Origin: a virus
Direction: 5' to 3' (one strand)
IMG/VR virus record: IMGVR_UViG_3300037628_000218
Coordinates: 1 to 64,000 of that record
Length of the DNA stretch: 64,000 nt
Positions within the stretch are counted from its first letter, which is position 1. Each line of letters starts with the position of its first letter. The notes under the pieces were generated by a model. The model was not told the DNA's origin. It was given only the letters and a program-made list of their open reading frames with translations, and ran no database searches. A program made the position numbers and the translations under genes. Below are positions 34,162 through 44,016 of the stretch, piece by piece.

Positions 34162-34203
34162 TTAAGTTGAGAGTATCCTACTTAATTTCAGATACTCTGT
34201 CAA
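34162..34203 (-). promoter_or_regulatory. 42-bp promoter cassette (copy 3)
   Basis: Near-identical to 33475-33516. Confidence 0.85.
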
Positions 34204-34208
34204 CAACT

Positions 34209-36746
34209 TTAGCTACAAGACTTCTGCCCTGTTTCTAAATCAACGTAGCAAGCTTTAGCTCCTTCGTCAGCTTCATCCTCTTCCTCCTCCTTCACTTCAT
34301 TAAGGATTCCGAACCTCTTACCACCACTATTAAATGTGGTTGCTCCTTTACAACCAAGCTTATAGGCATCAATATAGATACTTTTAAACTCCTCCCAAGG
34401 CATTTCTGGGGAGACATTGATAGTTTTAGAGACAGCAGAATCAACATAGCGGGTGGACAATGCTAGAACATCTAGGTGCTCCTTAGCAGTACACTCATTA
34501 GCAGTCTTACCCTTAACTCCCCAAGTCCCATAGGCGTAGTCAGTTACCCTCTCAACACGTTCTCCTTCATAGGTCTTGATAGTCCTATCATAGTAATGGC
34601 TGAACACTGGCTCAATACCACCACTGATATTATCAGCTGTGAGGCTAATAGTTCCTGTAGGGGCCATGCTAAGCAAGTGGCTATTACGTATTCCCTGTGT
34701 ACGTATCTTATCCTGCAACCACTGGGGGAGGGTTTTAATAAACTTACTCTCACAGTACTTGTCAACATCAAAAGCTGGGAAAGAACCCTTCTCAAGTGCT
34801 AAGTCGCAAGAGGCACTATAGGTCTCATTAGTATAAACCTGTAGGACTCCCTCATACCATTCAAGGAACTCAGGAGACCCGTAGGTGAACCCTAAAGCCT
34901 CCCCTGCATTAGCCACCCCTGTTAAGCCTAAACCCATTCTACGCTTTGTCCTACTCTCCTCTGCTTGGATCTCAAGGGGGAAGGTTGCAATATCATGAAT
35001 GTTATCCATAGCCCTCACAATGTGTGGGATGTCAGCCTTGAACTGCTCCATTCCGAAGAAGAAGTTTCCATCTAAGTCAGTAAAGATATACTTAACTAGG
35101 TTCCAGCTACCTAAGAGACAGGCACCTCCTGGGGGTAAAGGCATCTCCCCGCAGTTATGAACAACCATAGAGTCTGCTATGAAGTTATGAGTTCCCTCTA
35201 CAGTTAAATCATAAACATCGGTAACCTCCCCTTGCTCTATAGATACAATCTCATTTCCAGAGAGTGTCCCACCTGAAGCACTTGCTACTCTAATATTTTC
35301 CAGTTGGAGATCTCTACTACTCTCCGAAGTGAGGCTGTCAGGGTAAGCTAAACTACTACACAACTGCACCACCTTGTCACCTCCTACAAGATTCTTAGCC
35401 TCAACCCACCCTTTATCATGAACCATAACTTCATGGTTACCCGTTACACGGATAGTCTTACCATTTTGTGTAGTAACATTAATGGTTTGCGTGTCTTGCT
35501 TGCTAATCCATGAAGCAGTGGCGTTCCTTACTCCTAAAGACCCATCAGCTAACATAGTGTAAACTTGTGTTGGCTCTTTAATATCCTTGATTTTAACTCT
35601 TCCATTTATAGTTTCTATTAAGGAGTCAGGATGCAAGCATGGATTTGTCGCCCTGATCTCCTCACAGTAGTACAAGTTGTTTAACTCGTTTATACGATCA
35701 ATGAATAGAACTCCCATATATGTTAAAGTAAGTACGCTACTCCTTACCCCAGCTAACCTCGATCAAAGTTAACTGCTGCATGTCTCCATACAGATCAGAC
35801 TATATCAAGAACTCAAAGAGTTCCCACCTATTTCCACCCGCTTGGGTGTACTCCGTTGTCGGATAGTCGTTGCACGTTCAATTAAATACCTGTCGTATAG
35901 TGTACTTAATAGCTTCGCTCAGGATTGCCCTCACCCTAGATGTTAGGGGTTCCCCTGAATTAAAGTGGTTTCGACATAAGATCACTCTTATGAAGCCCAG
36001 TATTATTTAGGTTCTGCCCAATCCCACGTTGAGCGCATTATCTCTTCCCACAAGTTCTTAACGCTAACCTGCTTATACACTCTTCCTTGGAAAGTTAGAT
36101 TAAAAACCTCGTCAATACCTGAATCAGTAACACGAATAACCTTCTCCATGAACTCGTCAGTGATTGCTATGGAAAGGTTGAAAGCTTTCAAGTTGGTATC
36201 ATTTTGTTTAGCGTGAATAAACTCTTCAATATCTGGGTGGTCGATACGCAGTACTCCGATTTGCGCCCCTCGGCGATGCCCAGCACTAGCTATGGTATTA
36301 CAGATAGCATCAAAGATGTTCATAAAGCTAAGAGGCCCACTAGACTTGGAATCTAACGATACAATACGATCATCCCTTGGTCTAAGTGAAGAAAAATCAT
36401 ACCCTATTCCTCCTCCAACCCGCATAGTTTGTGCTGAGTCCTTCGCCCTGTCCATAATGGAATCCATCGAGTCTTCTATGTTTTTACTAACGAAGCAATT
36501 AAAAGGGGTTATCTGGCGTGGTGTTCCAATAGCCGCTTGAGTTCTTCCACCTCCCATAAACGCTTGGATTAGTAAAATGGCTCTAACCTTGTAGTAGTGT
36601 TCCTCGTTATCTTTTAATGCACTTGCGAACCTAGACACCCCCTCCTTGAAGGACTCCCCATTCATTCGGTATTTCATTGCATGTATTTCTTTACTAATGG
36701 CTAATTTTGGGCCATACTCTTCAATCTTATCAATCGTATCAGACAC
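34209..36746 (-). CDS. nrdJ: Class II (B12-dependent) ribonucleotide reductase; exon 1 36746-36009, exon 2 35714-34209; contains an intein
   Basis: FNCFV, GGGIG, RRGA, spliced WAEP/GVLFIDRIN, TNP-CGE, ACLLGS, RRMGLG, APTGTIS, C-terminal Cys pair. Confidence 0.93.
35154..35639 (-). mobile_element. 162-aa mini-intein in the NP|CGE active-site motif
   Basis: Begins CLHPDS; block B TGNHEV; block F/G VYDLTVEGTHNF..VVHN followed by Cys; no endonuclease domain. Confidence 0.95.
35715..36008 (-). mobile_element. 294-nt ORF-less group I (IA-type) intron
   Basis: Exon ends in U with P1 GAACCU/GGGCUUC; P3 CCAC/GUGG; P4 UUCAGG/CCUGAG; P7 GACUA/UAGUC; P7.1/P7.2; terminal G; removal restores AEPGVLF. Confidence 0.93.
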
Positions 36747-36987
36747 TCTTCACTCCTACTTTTTTAAGTTTTCCTATTAAATCATCAGACACACCTACAA
36801 ACCGAGTAACCTCAGTATCGCCGTCATAAACTATTGTGGTGGGTATGCCTCTGATACCTTCTGCTGCTGCCTTATTCGGCTCTCCTTCTATACTTATTGC
36901 TGTATACTCAATCCCAGCACGAGAAAGAGAGCCTTTTACCATTCGAGAGGGGCCACACCAATCAGCCCCGAATACTACTAATCTCAT
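36739..36987 (-). CDS. Thioredoxin-like protein with a CxxS active site
   Basis: FGADWCGPS, GIRGIPT; adjacent to nrdJ. Confidence 0.85.
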   Translation of the reverse strand: MRLVVFGADWCGPSRMVKGSLSRAGIEYTAISIEGEPNKAAAEGIRGIPTTIVYDGDTEVTRFVGVSDDLIGKLKKVGVKSV

Positions 36988-37038
36988 AAATTCTCCTAGT
37001 TGTGTTTAAAGGATGCTAGCTACAAGAGTGTAGCTAAC

Positions 37039-37341
37039 TCAGAACATGAGTCTGTCTAGTAAGTTATCACTAATTTCAAACTCAGGTTGGTGTGGGTAGG
37101 CTGTATACCTCCCATTGCGCCCGACCTGGTATATACTATCTTCTACTTTAAAACAAAAGGGTGGTAGTTCCCCTTCTTTAACACCAACACGTAGTCTTAG
37201 AACTTGAAGCTCTGTAGCAACAAAAGTAGTAAGCTCTTTGTCTTCAAGTGCCAAAATCCTCTGATACCAAGCTTCTATGTTTTTATCGCAGCACGCTAGT
37301 ACATCCTGCTGTAACCAAGTAACTGTAAGTTTCTCTAGCAT
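37039..37341 (-). CDS. Hypothetical protein
   Basis: GAGGAG RBS. Confidence 0.65.
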   Translation of the reverse strand: MLEKLTVTWLQQDVLACCDKNIEAWYQRILALEDKELTTFVATELQVLRLRVGVKEGELPPFCFKVEDSIYQVGRNGRYTAYPHQPEFEISDNLLDRLMF

Positions 37342-37354
37342 TCGTTCTCCTCCT

Positions 37355-37774
37355 CTACATTAGTTCAGTAACCCTTATCCCAGCCCTTCTCAGTTCGTCT
37401 AACCCTGAGTCACAGCGGTAACGATGCTTAATATACACTTCTTTAATCTGAGCACCAATCAGAAGCATAGCACAAGAATGGCAAGGGCTATAAGTTATAA
37501 ATACTGTTGCACCTTTTGTGCTGACCCCTTCTGCCATCATCTTACTTAATGCCGCTGCCTCAGCATGTCTAACCTGGGGCTTGGTTACTAGCTCCCCCTT
37601 AACAGTATCTTCACAGCAGTTATCTTCATAGCCAATATAAGTACCGTTAAGCCCTATAGCGCACATACCAGACTCTGTGACAATGCAGCAACCCACTTTA
37701 AGCCTTTCAGCTACAGAGGTCTTAGCAGCTGCCTCAGCCATCTCCATGTACATTTGTAAGTATTTTACTTTCAC
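37355..37774 (-). CDS. dCMP deaminase
   Basis: KVGC, HAE and SPCHSC motifs. Confidence 0.92.
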   Translation of the reverse strand: MKVKYLQMYMEMAEAAAKTSVAERLKVGCCIVTESGMCAIGLNGTYIGYEDNCCEDTVKGELVTKPQVRHAEAAALSKMMAEGVSTKGATVFITYSPCHSCAMLLIGAQIKEVYIKHRYRCDSGLDELRRAGIRVTELM

Positions 37775-37775
37775 A

Positions 37776-38054
37776 CTACCTCACCCATGATAAACCCCTT
37801 TTTAATCTCAGTAGGTGGTAGTTAGTTTCATCAAAGGTATGAGCTTCTTTAATGCCTGCTGTTAAGAGTACACAGGTATACTTCTTCTGTGTCAACCCGT
37901 AGAGAACTAAGCATACTGCCATTGGGAAGAACATGAGAGTCCAAAAGATAAGCCAGCCGTAGTGTGGTATATTAAAAGACGAGTTAAGGAGCATAACTTC
38001 TTTTATATCGTCAAGGTAGAGTTCAACACCATCTTTAGTTTTTACTATAGTCAT
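37776..38054 (-). CDS. Small membrane protein
   Basis: TM segment; own promoter. Confidence 0.65.
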   Translation of the reverse strand: MTIVKTKDGVELYLDDIKEVMLLNSSFNIPHYGWLIFWTLMFFPMAVCLVLYGLTQKKYTCVLLTAGIKEAHTFDETNYHLLRLKRGLSWVR

Positions 38055-38204
38055 AATTAAGTTTACTCCTTCAAGAGTTTTATTAGTATTTAAGCTCTGG
38101 AATACCTCCGAGCAATAGCAAGATAGCTACTATAACCTCGGAGGTGTTTCTTTGTCAACAGATATATGTACTTTATTAGCTAGAACGTATACCTATATGT
38201 GTAC

Positions 38205-39947
38205 TTACATCTGACTTGCTACAAGATCTCGAATACCTTTCAAGGTCTGCTTATTGTAGAGTTTACCATTTTCAAAGACAACCTGCAATAAACCTGCTTC
38301 TTCCTGTTCACGAGTTTGCATATCGTATTGAACAAGCTCTCCATGTTCCCGTTCTATTCGTAGTAGACCTTTAGCAGACTTCTTCTTAGAGTCTGTTTTA
38401 GGGTCTTTAAAGACGGCTACATCAATCCCTTGCTGAACAACGTTAGTAGCCTTAACAGCACTGCCGTGTGTATCACGGGTAACCATCTGGTAGCTGTAAG
38501 AGCCTACTCCTAAAACTACACTAGGTACAAAGCCTTTATCCATTAGTCGTTTGTAGATCTCATCTTGCCGACCTAGGGTTATAGCATCACCGTAAATAGC
38601 CCCAATGTGGCGATCTAATTGTTTGAAACCTTTATCAGTAGTAGTACCTCCGAAGATCTCCCACAAACATTGGATTAGTCCTTTTTGTTCTGCGGTTAAA
38701 GTTACCTCTTTAAAGGTGCAATGATCAACATCATCCCCATCGTTATCAACATAGTAATACTGCTTGTCATGGCGGTCTAAGGTTGGCTCATATGTAACTT
38801 CATAAATAGTACCCCCAAAGCTATAGGTTTCAGTCTCAATGCCATGTGGGTCTTCTGGTTCTAAATTACAACGGAATTGATCATCCATAGCATCAGCAAC
38901 ACACTCTTTCCAATCATTGAACGTTTCCTCAGAGTCGTCCCAGTTGCCACTTAGGTATTTTACCTGTAAGCCACAAAGAACTTCTACAGGGCATCCAGAA
39001 TCTGGACGTACCACGAAAGTTCCCTCTCGATTCATAATGTCATCCTTTAGCTCAACTAAACCTTTCTCTACAAAACTCCAAAAGTCAAAGCTGTCCGATA
39101 CATGACTCAGAATACCTGTTGGGGCTTTAGTAAACAAGTACTTAACATACTGAAGCTCAGCTTCAAATAGACTGATACCTTGCTTTTCAGACTCAATCAT
39201 AATATAAGAAGTAGCTGTAGAATGCTCTGTGGCTGGTACTGAACAACCTACCAATTCTTTCTCCACATCTGCACCATAGAATTTCTCAGCAAATAAGATA
39301 GCAGATAAATTATCTGTACCTGCCAACCCGCTAGCCAAGTGACCAAAACCAATCATAGCTGCTGCGTGTCGACCTGGTAACCCTCGAAAGCTAAAGTCAT
39401 GTATGTTAAACTTAGCCATACTCACACCACCTGTTAGCTCTAAGGCTTCCTTACAACGCTTGTAATAAGCTAAGGCAGTAGTAGTAGCGGTCTGGATGGG
39501 CCAGTTCTCTGTACTCATTACAGTTTCAATGTAATTGGGTAACCACTGGAAACCACTCACAGTGCTTACAAATGTTACTGGTGCTACTCCGTATGGTACA
39601 ATAGAACCTTCCGCTAGAGCTTTAATGCGAAGAGGTAAGTAGCCTAAATCGTGTAGTGCTTCAAAGTGCGAGGCATCATAGTCAATACTTAAGTAGGAGT
39701 CTACTATACGCTTGAAAGCTTTAACAGCTTGCTCTTTAGGTATGTTAAAGAATGTATCATTCCACTCTTTAATTAACACGTCTTTGATAAAATACTGTAA
39801 CCCTACAAAGACTACTCCCTCATCAGATAGCGTGTTACTTAATCTACCATTACGTGAGGTATAGTTTGAGTAAACCTCTGTAATGTCTTGATGATACCCT
39901 TCTTTATGGAAAAGTTTATATCCATCAGTCTGTAAAAGTGCGCTCAT
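38205..39947 (-). CDS. NAMPT-like enzyme, probable Namat of the NARP1 pathway
   Basis: TDGYK..H, HDFSFRG, VPATEHS, VSDSFD, VVRPDSG, IYGDAI, GVGS, KKSAKG. Confidence 0.92.
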   Translation of the reverse strand: MSALLQTDGYKLFHKEGYHQDITEVYSNYTSRNGRLSNTLSDEGVVFVGLQYFIKDVLIKEWNDTFFNIPKEQAVKAFKRIVDSYLSIDYDASHFEALHDLGYLPLRIKALAEGSIVPYGVAPVTFVSTVSGFQWLPNYIETVMSTENWPIQTATTTALAYYKRCKEALELTGGVSMAKFNIHDFSFRGLPGRHAAAMIGFGHLASGLAGTDNLSAILFAEKFYGADVEKELVGCSVPATEHSTATSYIMIESEKQGISLFEAELQYVKYLFTKAPTGILSHVSDSFDFWSFVEKGLVELKDDIMNREGTFVVRPDSGCPVEVLCGLQVKYLSGNWDDSEETFNDWKECVADAMDDQFRCNLEPEDPHGIETETYSFGGTIYEVTYEPTLDRHDKQYYYVDNDGDDVDHCTFKEVTLTAEQKGLIQCLWEIFGGTTTDKGFKQLDRHIGAIYGDAITLGRQDEIYKRLMDKGFVPSVVLGVGSYSYQMVTRDTHGSAVKATNVVQQGIDVAVFKDPKTDSKKKSAKGLLRIEREHGELVQYDMQTREQEEAGLLQVVFENGKLYNKQTLKGIRDLVASQM

Positions 39948-40028
39948 CTCTTTTCTCCTTTTCTTTGTGTTAAAACTCTAAGTATGGGATTGTAAAACTC
40001 ATCTTCTGTTTTGTCAAGTTTCAAGTTA

Positions 40029-40913
40029 TCACGGTTTGATATACTCAAGCCGTTCATGCTGTTCCCCACTTAAAAATGAGTTTGTAGTATACACACGGTC
40101 TATTCCGTTGTCAAGCACATAGTCTATTCCTTTAGAGAAGATTCCGTGAGTTACATAAAGTTCAATTGAGGCTGCTCCAGCTTTTTTAAGCTCTTTGGCT
40201 AGACCTATGAATGTACCACAACCATCTCCAATATCATCTACTATCAAACAGTTCGCACCTTCTAACATATTATCTGGATCGTTTACCCCAAACCCTGACA
40301 GCTCCCCTGTTAATAGATCACGTCGCTTGTAACCCTGAACCATAGGTACACCGCCAAAAGCTTTAGAGACAGCTTCAGTCTTCTTCATAGCCCCAGCATC
40401 AGGAGAGATAAGCACTACTTCTTCGTGGTAAAGCTTGGAAGATAGCCCTTCGTGTAGTGCGATTGCATAAGCTTGATTATGAATAGTAGTTACATTTTTG
40501 ATTACTGCACCTGCTACATCACTGTGGGTATCTAGTAACTGCACCTCTGCAAAGTTAAGGCTGTTAATAATGTTAGCAAAGACTTTGATAGATAGTGCTT
40601 CACCCTCATTACATACTCTATCTTGACGAGCATAAGGGGTGTAAAACATGGCAAGGGAGTAGTTGGCTATAGGGTGCTCCCGTTTCAAAGCATCTGTGAG
40701 CATGCACAAAGCTATTATGTCATCTGAACTCTGTAGCCTAGCATAAACTGTTACTGAGTTAGTGCTTTGGCATCCGCTCACATTATCAGGATTGTCTATA
40801 AGCACCGCAGGTAATCGAAGATTGATCTCACCACCGTTAAAAACTGTGTAGCATACGTCACTAGCAACCTGATAAGAATCCTCTTTTTCTAATAATACGT
40901 AGAATGTACTCAT
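40029..40913 (-). CDS. PRPP synthetase-like enzyme, probable Adps of the NARP1 pathway
   Basis: FNGGE, PYARQDR, DTHS, SPDAGA, IVDDIGDGCGTF, VTHGIFS. Confidence 0.92.
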   Translation of the reverse strand: MSTFYVLLEKEDSYQVASDVCYTVFNGGEINLRLPAVLIDNPDNVSGCQSTNSVTVYARLQSSDDIIALCMLTDALKREHPIANYSLAMFYTPYARQDRVCNEGEALSIKVFANIINSLNFAEVQLLDTHSDVAGAVIKNVTTIHNQAYAIALHEGLSSKLYHEEVVLISPDAGAMKKTEAVSKAFGGVPMVQGYKRRDLLTGELSGFGVNDPDNMLEGANCLIVDDIGDGCGTFIGLAKELKKAGAASIELYVTHGIFSKGIDYVLDNGIDRVYTTNSFLSGEQHERLEYIKP

Positions 40914-41152
40914 ATAATCTCTCCTTCCTTAACAATGTATTCAATATCCCGCATAGGCTCTCCATTGGTTCCTAGAACTTCAGCTGTGCTGGGGTAGACG
41001 GATAAAAACCCACTCCCTACAAAACAGACAGTACCTGTGCGAATCTGTTTATTCTGGTAGAAGGTTATTTCATCCCCTACCGTGTACTTTAAGCCTTGCT
41101 TATGTTTTCGTGTCACTGGACTTCCTCCACCTGAATAGCAAGTAAGTCCCAA
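40910..41152 (-). CDS. Hypothetical protein
   Basis: ORF; likely GTG start at VTRKH. Confidence 0.5.
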   Translation of the reverse strand: MGLTCYSGGGSPVTRKHKQGLKYTVGDEITFYQNKQIRTGTVCFVGSGFLSVYPSTAEVLGTNGEPMRDIEYIVKEGEII

Positions 41153-41345
41153 TGGCGCTTACAAAGTCTGCGTCTAGCTCGTCTTCTAACTCCTCTAGCT
41201 GGGGTAAGCTATACATTCTATCCCTTTCTTCACTAACAATTGCGCAGAACCTACTGGTGGTTTCTTCGATACTAATACCACGACTAGCCATTAACTTCTC
41301 TGGTACAGATCGGTCTATAAGGGTCTCACTAACTGGATTTGTCAT
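41100..41345 (-). CDS. Hypothetical protein
   Basis: ORF track. Confidence 0.6.
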   Translation of the reverse strand: MTNPVSETLIDRSVPEKLMASRGISIEETTSRFCAIVSEERDRMYSLPQLEELEDELDADFVSAIGTYLLFRWRKSSDTKT

Positions 41346-41803
41346 ATTAGTTCTTCCTCCGCATCAAAGGTGACTTTCATTTGTTCTAGGGTTTTCATAG
41401 CATCCTCATAAGCCCCAGGGGGAACAACGAAACTTTTGCAAAAAAGTTTAGCCATATCAATTACTAACTTCTTTCGATTTTCTGTTAACTCCTCTCGTTC
41501 TCTTGTTAACTTCTTTTGGTGTATTAGCCTATCCTTTACATTGTTTAACTCCTTCAAAGCAGCCTTGTACTCTGCCTTAACGTCTGCTGTATCGTCCATT
41601 ATTTTCTCTATCTCGCGGTCTCCTTCTGAGTGTTTACTACCTTTACTATTCTCTGGCTTTCGTAGCCTATCACTCGCGTCTAGGAGGCTCCACCACCTTG
41701 CAGAAAGCGTGTACCCTATCTTAGTTTTAGGGTCTACCCTTGTTTCACCTCCGTCTAAATCATTACTCATTCTCCATCCCAACATTAGTATTCTCCTCTT
41801 CAA
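41342..41803 (-). CDS. Coiled-coil hypothetical protein
   Basis: ORF track. Confidence 0.6.
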   Translation of the reverse strand: MKRRILMLGWRMSNDLDGGETRVDPKTKIGYTLSARWWSLLDASDRLRKPENSKGSKHSEGDREIEKIMDDTADVKAEYKAALKELNNVKDRLIHQKKLTREREELTENRKKLVIDMAKLFCKSFVVPPGAYEDAMKTLEQMKVTFDAEEELI

Positions 41804-41839
41804 TATTATTTAAGTTGTAGGTCTTCTTCTCTATTCCTA

Positions 41840-42973
41840 CTATTCCAATGGGTTACCGTCTTCGTCTAACTTCCTAAAAGCTTTACCAATAGGTTTAGTC
41901 GGCTTCCCGTACTTTGATCTTTTCTCATAATCTACTGTCAAGAACTCACCTATATAGTTAGCTCTATTCTCATATAGTGCCTTACGCTTTTCAGCCGTAG
42001 CTGCGAAAGGAGCTTTGAAAGTATCCTCTTCTCCCTCTGGAGTAATGTAGCGACATACTGGCACACCAGCACCGTTCTTGTCAAGCTCGAAGTCAACAAC
42101 TTCAAACTCTTCAGATATAGGAACCTTATACTTAATGATACCTGTGGTACGATTGCCAAAGCTGTAAGGATCGAAGCAGCCACGAATAATAATCCCTTCA
42201 TAACCGCTAGCAACATACTCTGCGTGGCGAGTCAGCATATCTTGTTCAGAGATGATCTGAGATGCAGTTACACAGCGTAGCCTACTGGCACTTAATTTCC
42301 CTTTGTTAGAGTGACGGAGGTGCATAACGAACTTATAAGTTACGTAACGGGCAAACCAACACCTAGGGTCATCTTGGTGGCGTATCCAGTCAAATATATG
42401 AAACTGAATCTTCTTAGTATCTTCGTTGTGCTTCTTGACACAGGATGTAATATCCTCCAAGTACATACCATGACAATAGAGTTCACCATCAACAAAGGAA
42501 CCAGGGTGATCCTTAAAGAAAGATTCTTCAAGCTCTGCTGCAATCTCAGCAATAACTGGATATGCTTCACCTCCTCGTGATTGGAAGAATATAGCACCAT
42601 CTTTCTTAAAGACTGTGCAACGTACTCCATCAAGTTTAGGGAGTTCCCACACCTGATCCCAGTTAATTGTGTGTGCCTTATCCTGATACTTGTGGGCAAG
42701 GTTGGGCAATGTTGAAGATGGTATGTCTTCTACAGACTCTCGGTAGTCCTTTTTAAGCTGTTTGTTCCACTTAGACTGAGCTTCTAATAGGGCTTGTTCT
42801 GCCCCTGTAGTCTCATTAGACCTGCCAAGGTTCTTTGGCTTGCTAGTAGTACGCTTCTCAGCGATCTTACCACCTAGCTGACCATAGCTTACAACAACCT
42901 CATCTCCATAGGTTGTTACAGACCACTGCTTAGTCTTACCTGTACTTGCTTTACCGTATAGTGTTGGTAACAT
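41840..42973 (-). CDS. lig: ATP-dependent DNA ligase
   Basis: PKLDGVRC, DGELY, FHIFD, YEGIIIR and IIKYK motifs. Confidence 0.93.
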   Translation of the reverse strand: MLPTLYGKASTGKTKQWSVTTYGDEVVVSYGQLGGKIAEKRTTSKPKNLGRSNETTGAEQALLEAQSKWNKQLKKDYRESVEDIPSSTLPNLAHKYQDKAHTINWDQVWELPKLDGVRCTVFKKDGAIFFQSRGGEAYPVIAEIAAELEESFFKDHPGSFVDGELYCHGMYLEDITSCVKKHNEDTKKIQFHIFDWIRHQDDPRCWFARYVTYKFVMHLRHSNKGKLSASRLRCVTASQIISEQDMLTRHAEYVASGYEGIIIRGCFDPYSFGNRTTGIIKYKVPISEEFEVVDFELDKNGAGVPVCRYITPEGEEDTFKAPFAATAEKRKALYENRANYIGEFLTVDYEKRSKYGKPTKPIGKAFRKLDEDGNPLE

Positions 42974-42988
42974 ATCTTTGTCTCCTGT

Positions 42989-43399
42989 TTATACTACTCT
43001 GTCAATGAATTTTCGGGTGAACCAATTAGTTGATGACTCTAGCCAGAAGGCTAACCCACGATCAAAAGTATGTAATATGCTCAGGTACTCCCCTATCCCT
43101 ACCTCACGAATCTCGTAATACTCGTAGTTTGTACAGAATACCCCTAAGGTTGCCTCTATAAATGTGTTGTCAACTTTGTTTATGTAGTGTAGATAAGGAG
43201 ACCCACTATCAATGTAAATTACTTCATGGATAGTTCCTCCTTTCTCATGTTGGTACTGGACTGCATTTTGGTGGCACCGCCTATTGAATAGCCCTTGCCC
43301 CGATGTGGGGTATATTTTCATCTTTGTTGCCCTAACTTGCAGCATTACTCTCTTTTGAGCGGAAGTTTTAAAACTCATGGTTCTCCTCCTGTTTATCAT
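42989..43399 (-). CDS. Hypothetical protein
   Basis: ORF; probable start at MSFKT. Confidence 0.7.
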   Translation of the reverse strand: MINRRRTMSFKTSAQKRVMLQVRATKMKIYPTSGQGLFNRRCHQNAVQYQHEKGGTIHEVIYIDSGSPYLHYINKVDNTFIEATLGVFCTNYEYYEIREVGIGEYLSILHTFDRGLAFWLESSTNWFTRKFIDRVV

Positions 43400-43433
43400 T
43401 ATTTAAATTAAGGCTTGTTTTGAGCTGCTAGCC

Positions 43434-43934
43434 TTAAAACTTGTATATATCCACATCAAAGTCTAAGGTGTGAAACTTTTCTAAGTAGCCATTATCTTCG
43501 TAGGCTAAATCATCTAAATCTTCTGAGTCATCTATATTATCTTTAGAGTATATACCCACATCAAATCCTAGGGTGCGGAGTCTTTCTAAGTAGTCTAGAT
43601 CATCTAAGCCACCTTCAAAGTCGAAATCCTCTTCTAGCCTTACAAAATCTACACGGTCAAGGAAGGGTTCATCCGTTCCAGCTAAGAACCATAGATAATC
43701 TACATCGAGCTTAGAGGCTGTGTAGTCTAAGTATCCTTTGTCACAATAATAAGATGAGTTGTCTGAGCTGTCAATGTAGCCTTCAATCTGTTTAGCCACC
43801 CCTTGCTTGCTAGCAGCCCTCTCAGCCCTTGCGAACTTACGCTTTAGTTGTCTACCTCCAGGGCCACAGCAAGGGCAGCGATAGCCCCCTCCTCCAACCC
43901 GCTCAGTCTTCCTGTAGTTAGCTTTACCAGTCAT
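43434..43934 (-). CDS. Protein with a basic CPCC N-terminus and a repetitive Asp-rich C-terminus
   Basis: Sequence composition. Confidence 0.65.
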   Translation of the reverse strand: MTGKANYRKTERVGGGGYRCPCCGPGGRQLKRKFARAERAASKQGVAKQIEGYIDSSDNSSYYCDKGYLDYTASKLDVDYLWFLAGTDEPFLDRVDFVRLEEDFDFEGGLDDLDYLERLRTLGFDVGIYSKDNIDDSEDLDDLAYEDNGYLEKFHTLDFDVDIYKF

Positions 43935-43973
43935 AGTTAAACCCCCTTAATAATCTTTAGAAGATTAAAACAC

Positions 43974-43998
43974 AAAAGGGCTGCCGAAGCAACCCCTT
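43974..43998 (-). terminator. Intrinsic terminator
   Basis: GGGTTGC-TTCG-GCAGCCC followed by TTTT. Confidence 0.8.
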
Positions 43999-44016
43999 GT
44001 TTGTACTACTTTGTGA

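Noticed and set aside
34209-36746. Two separate RNR subunits or a pseudogene
   Set aside because: Removing the group I intron restores one continuous nrdJ
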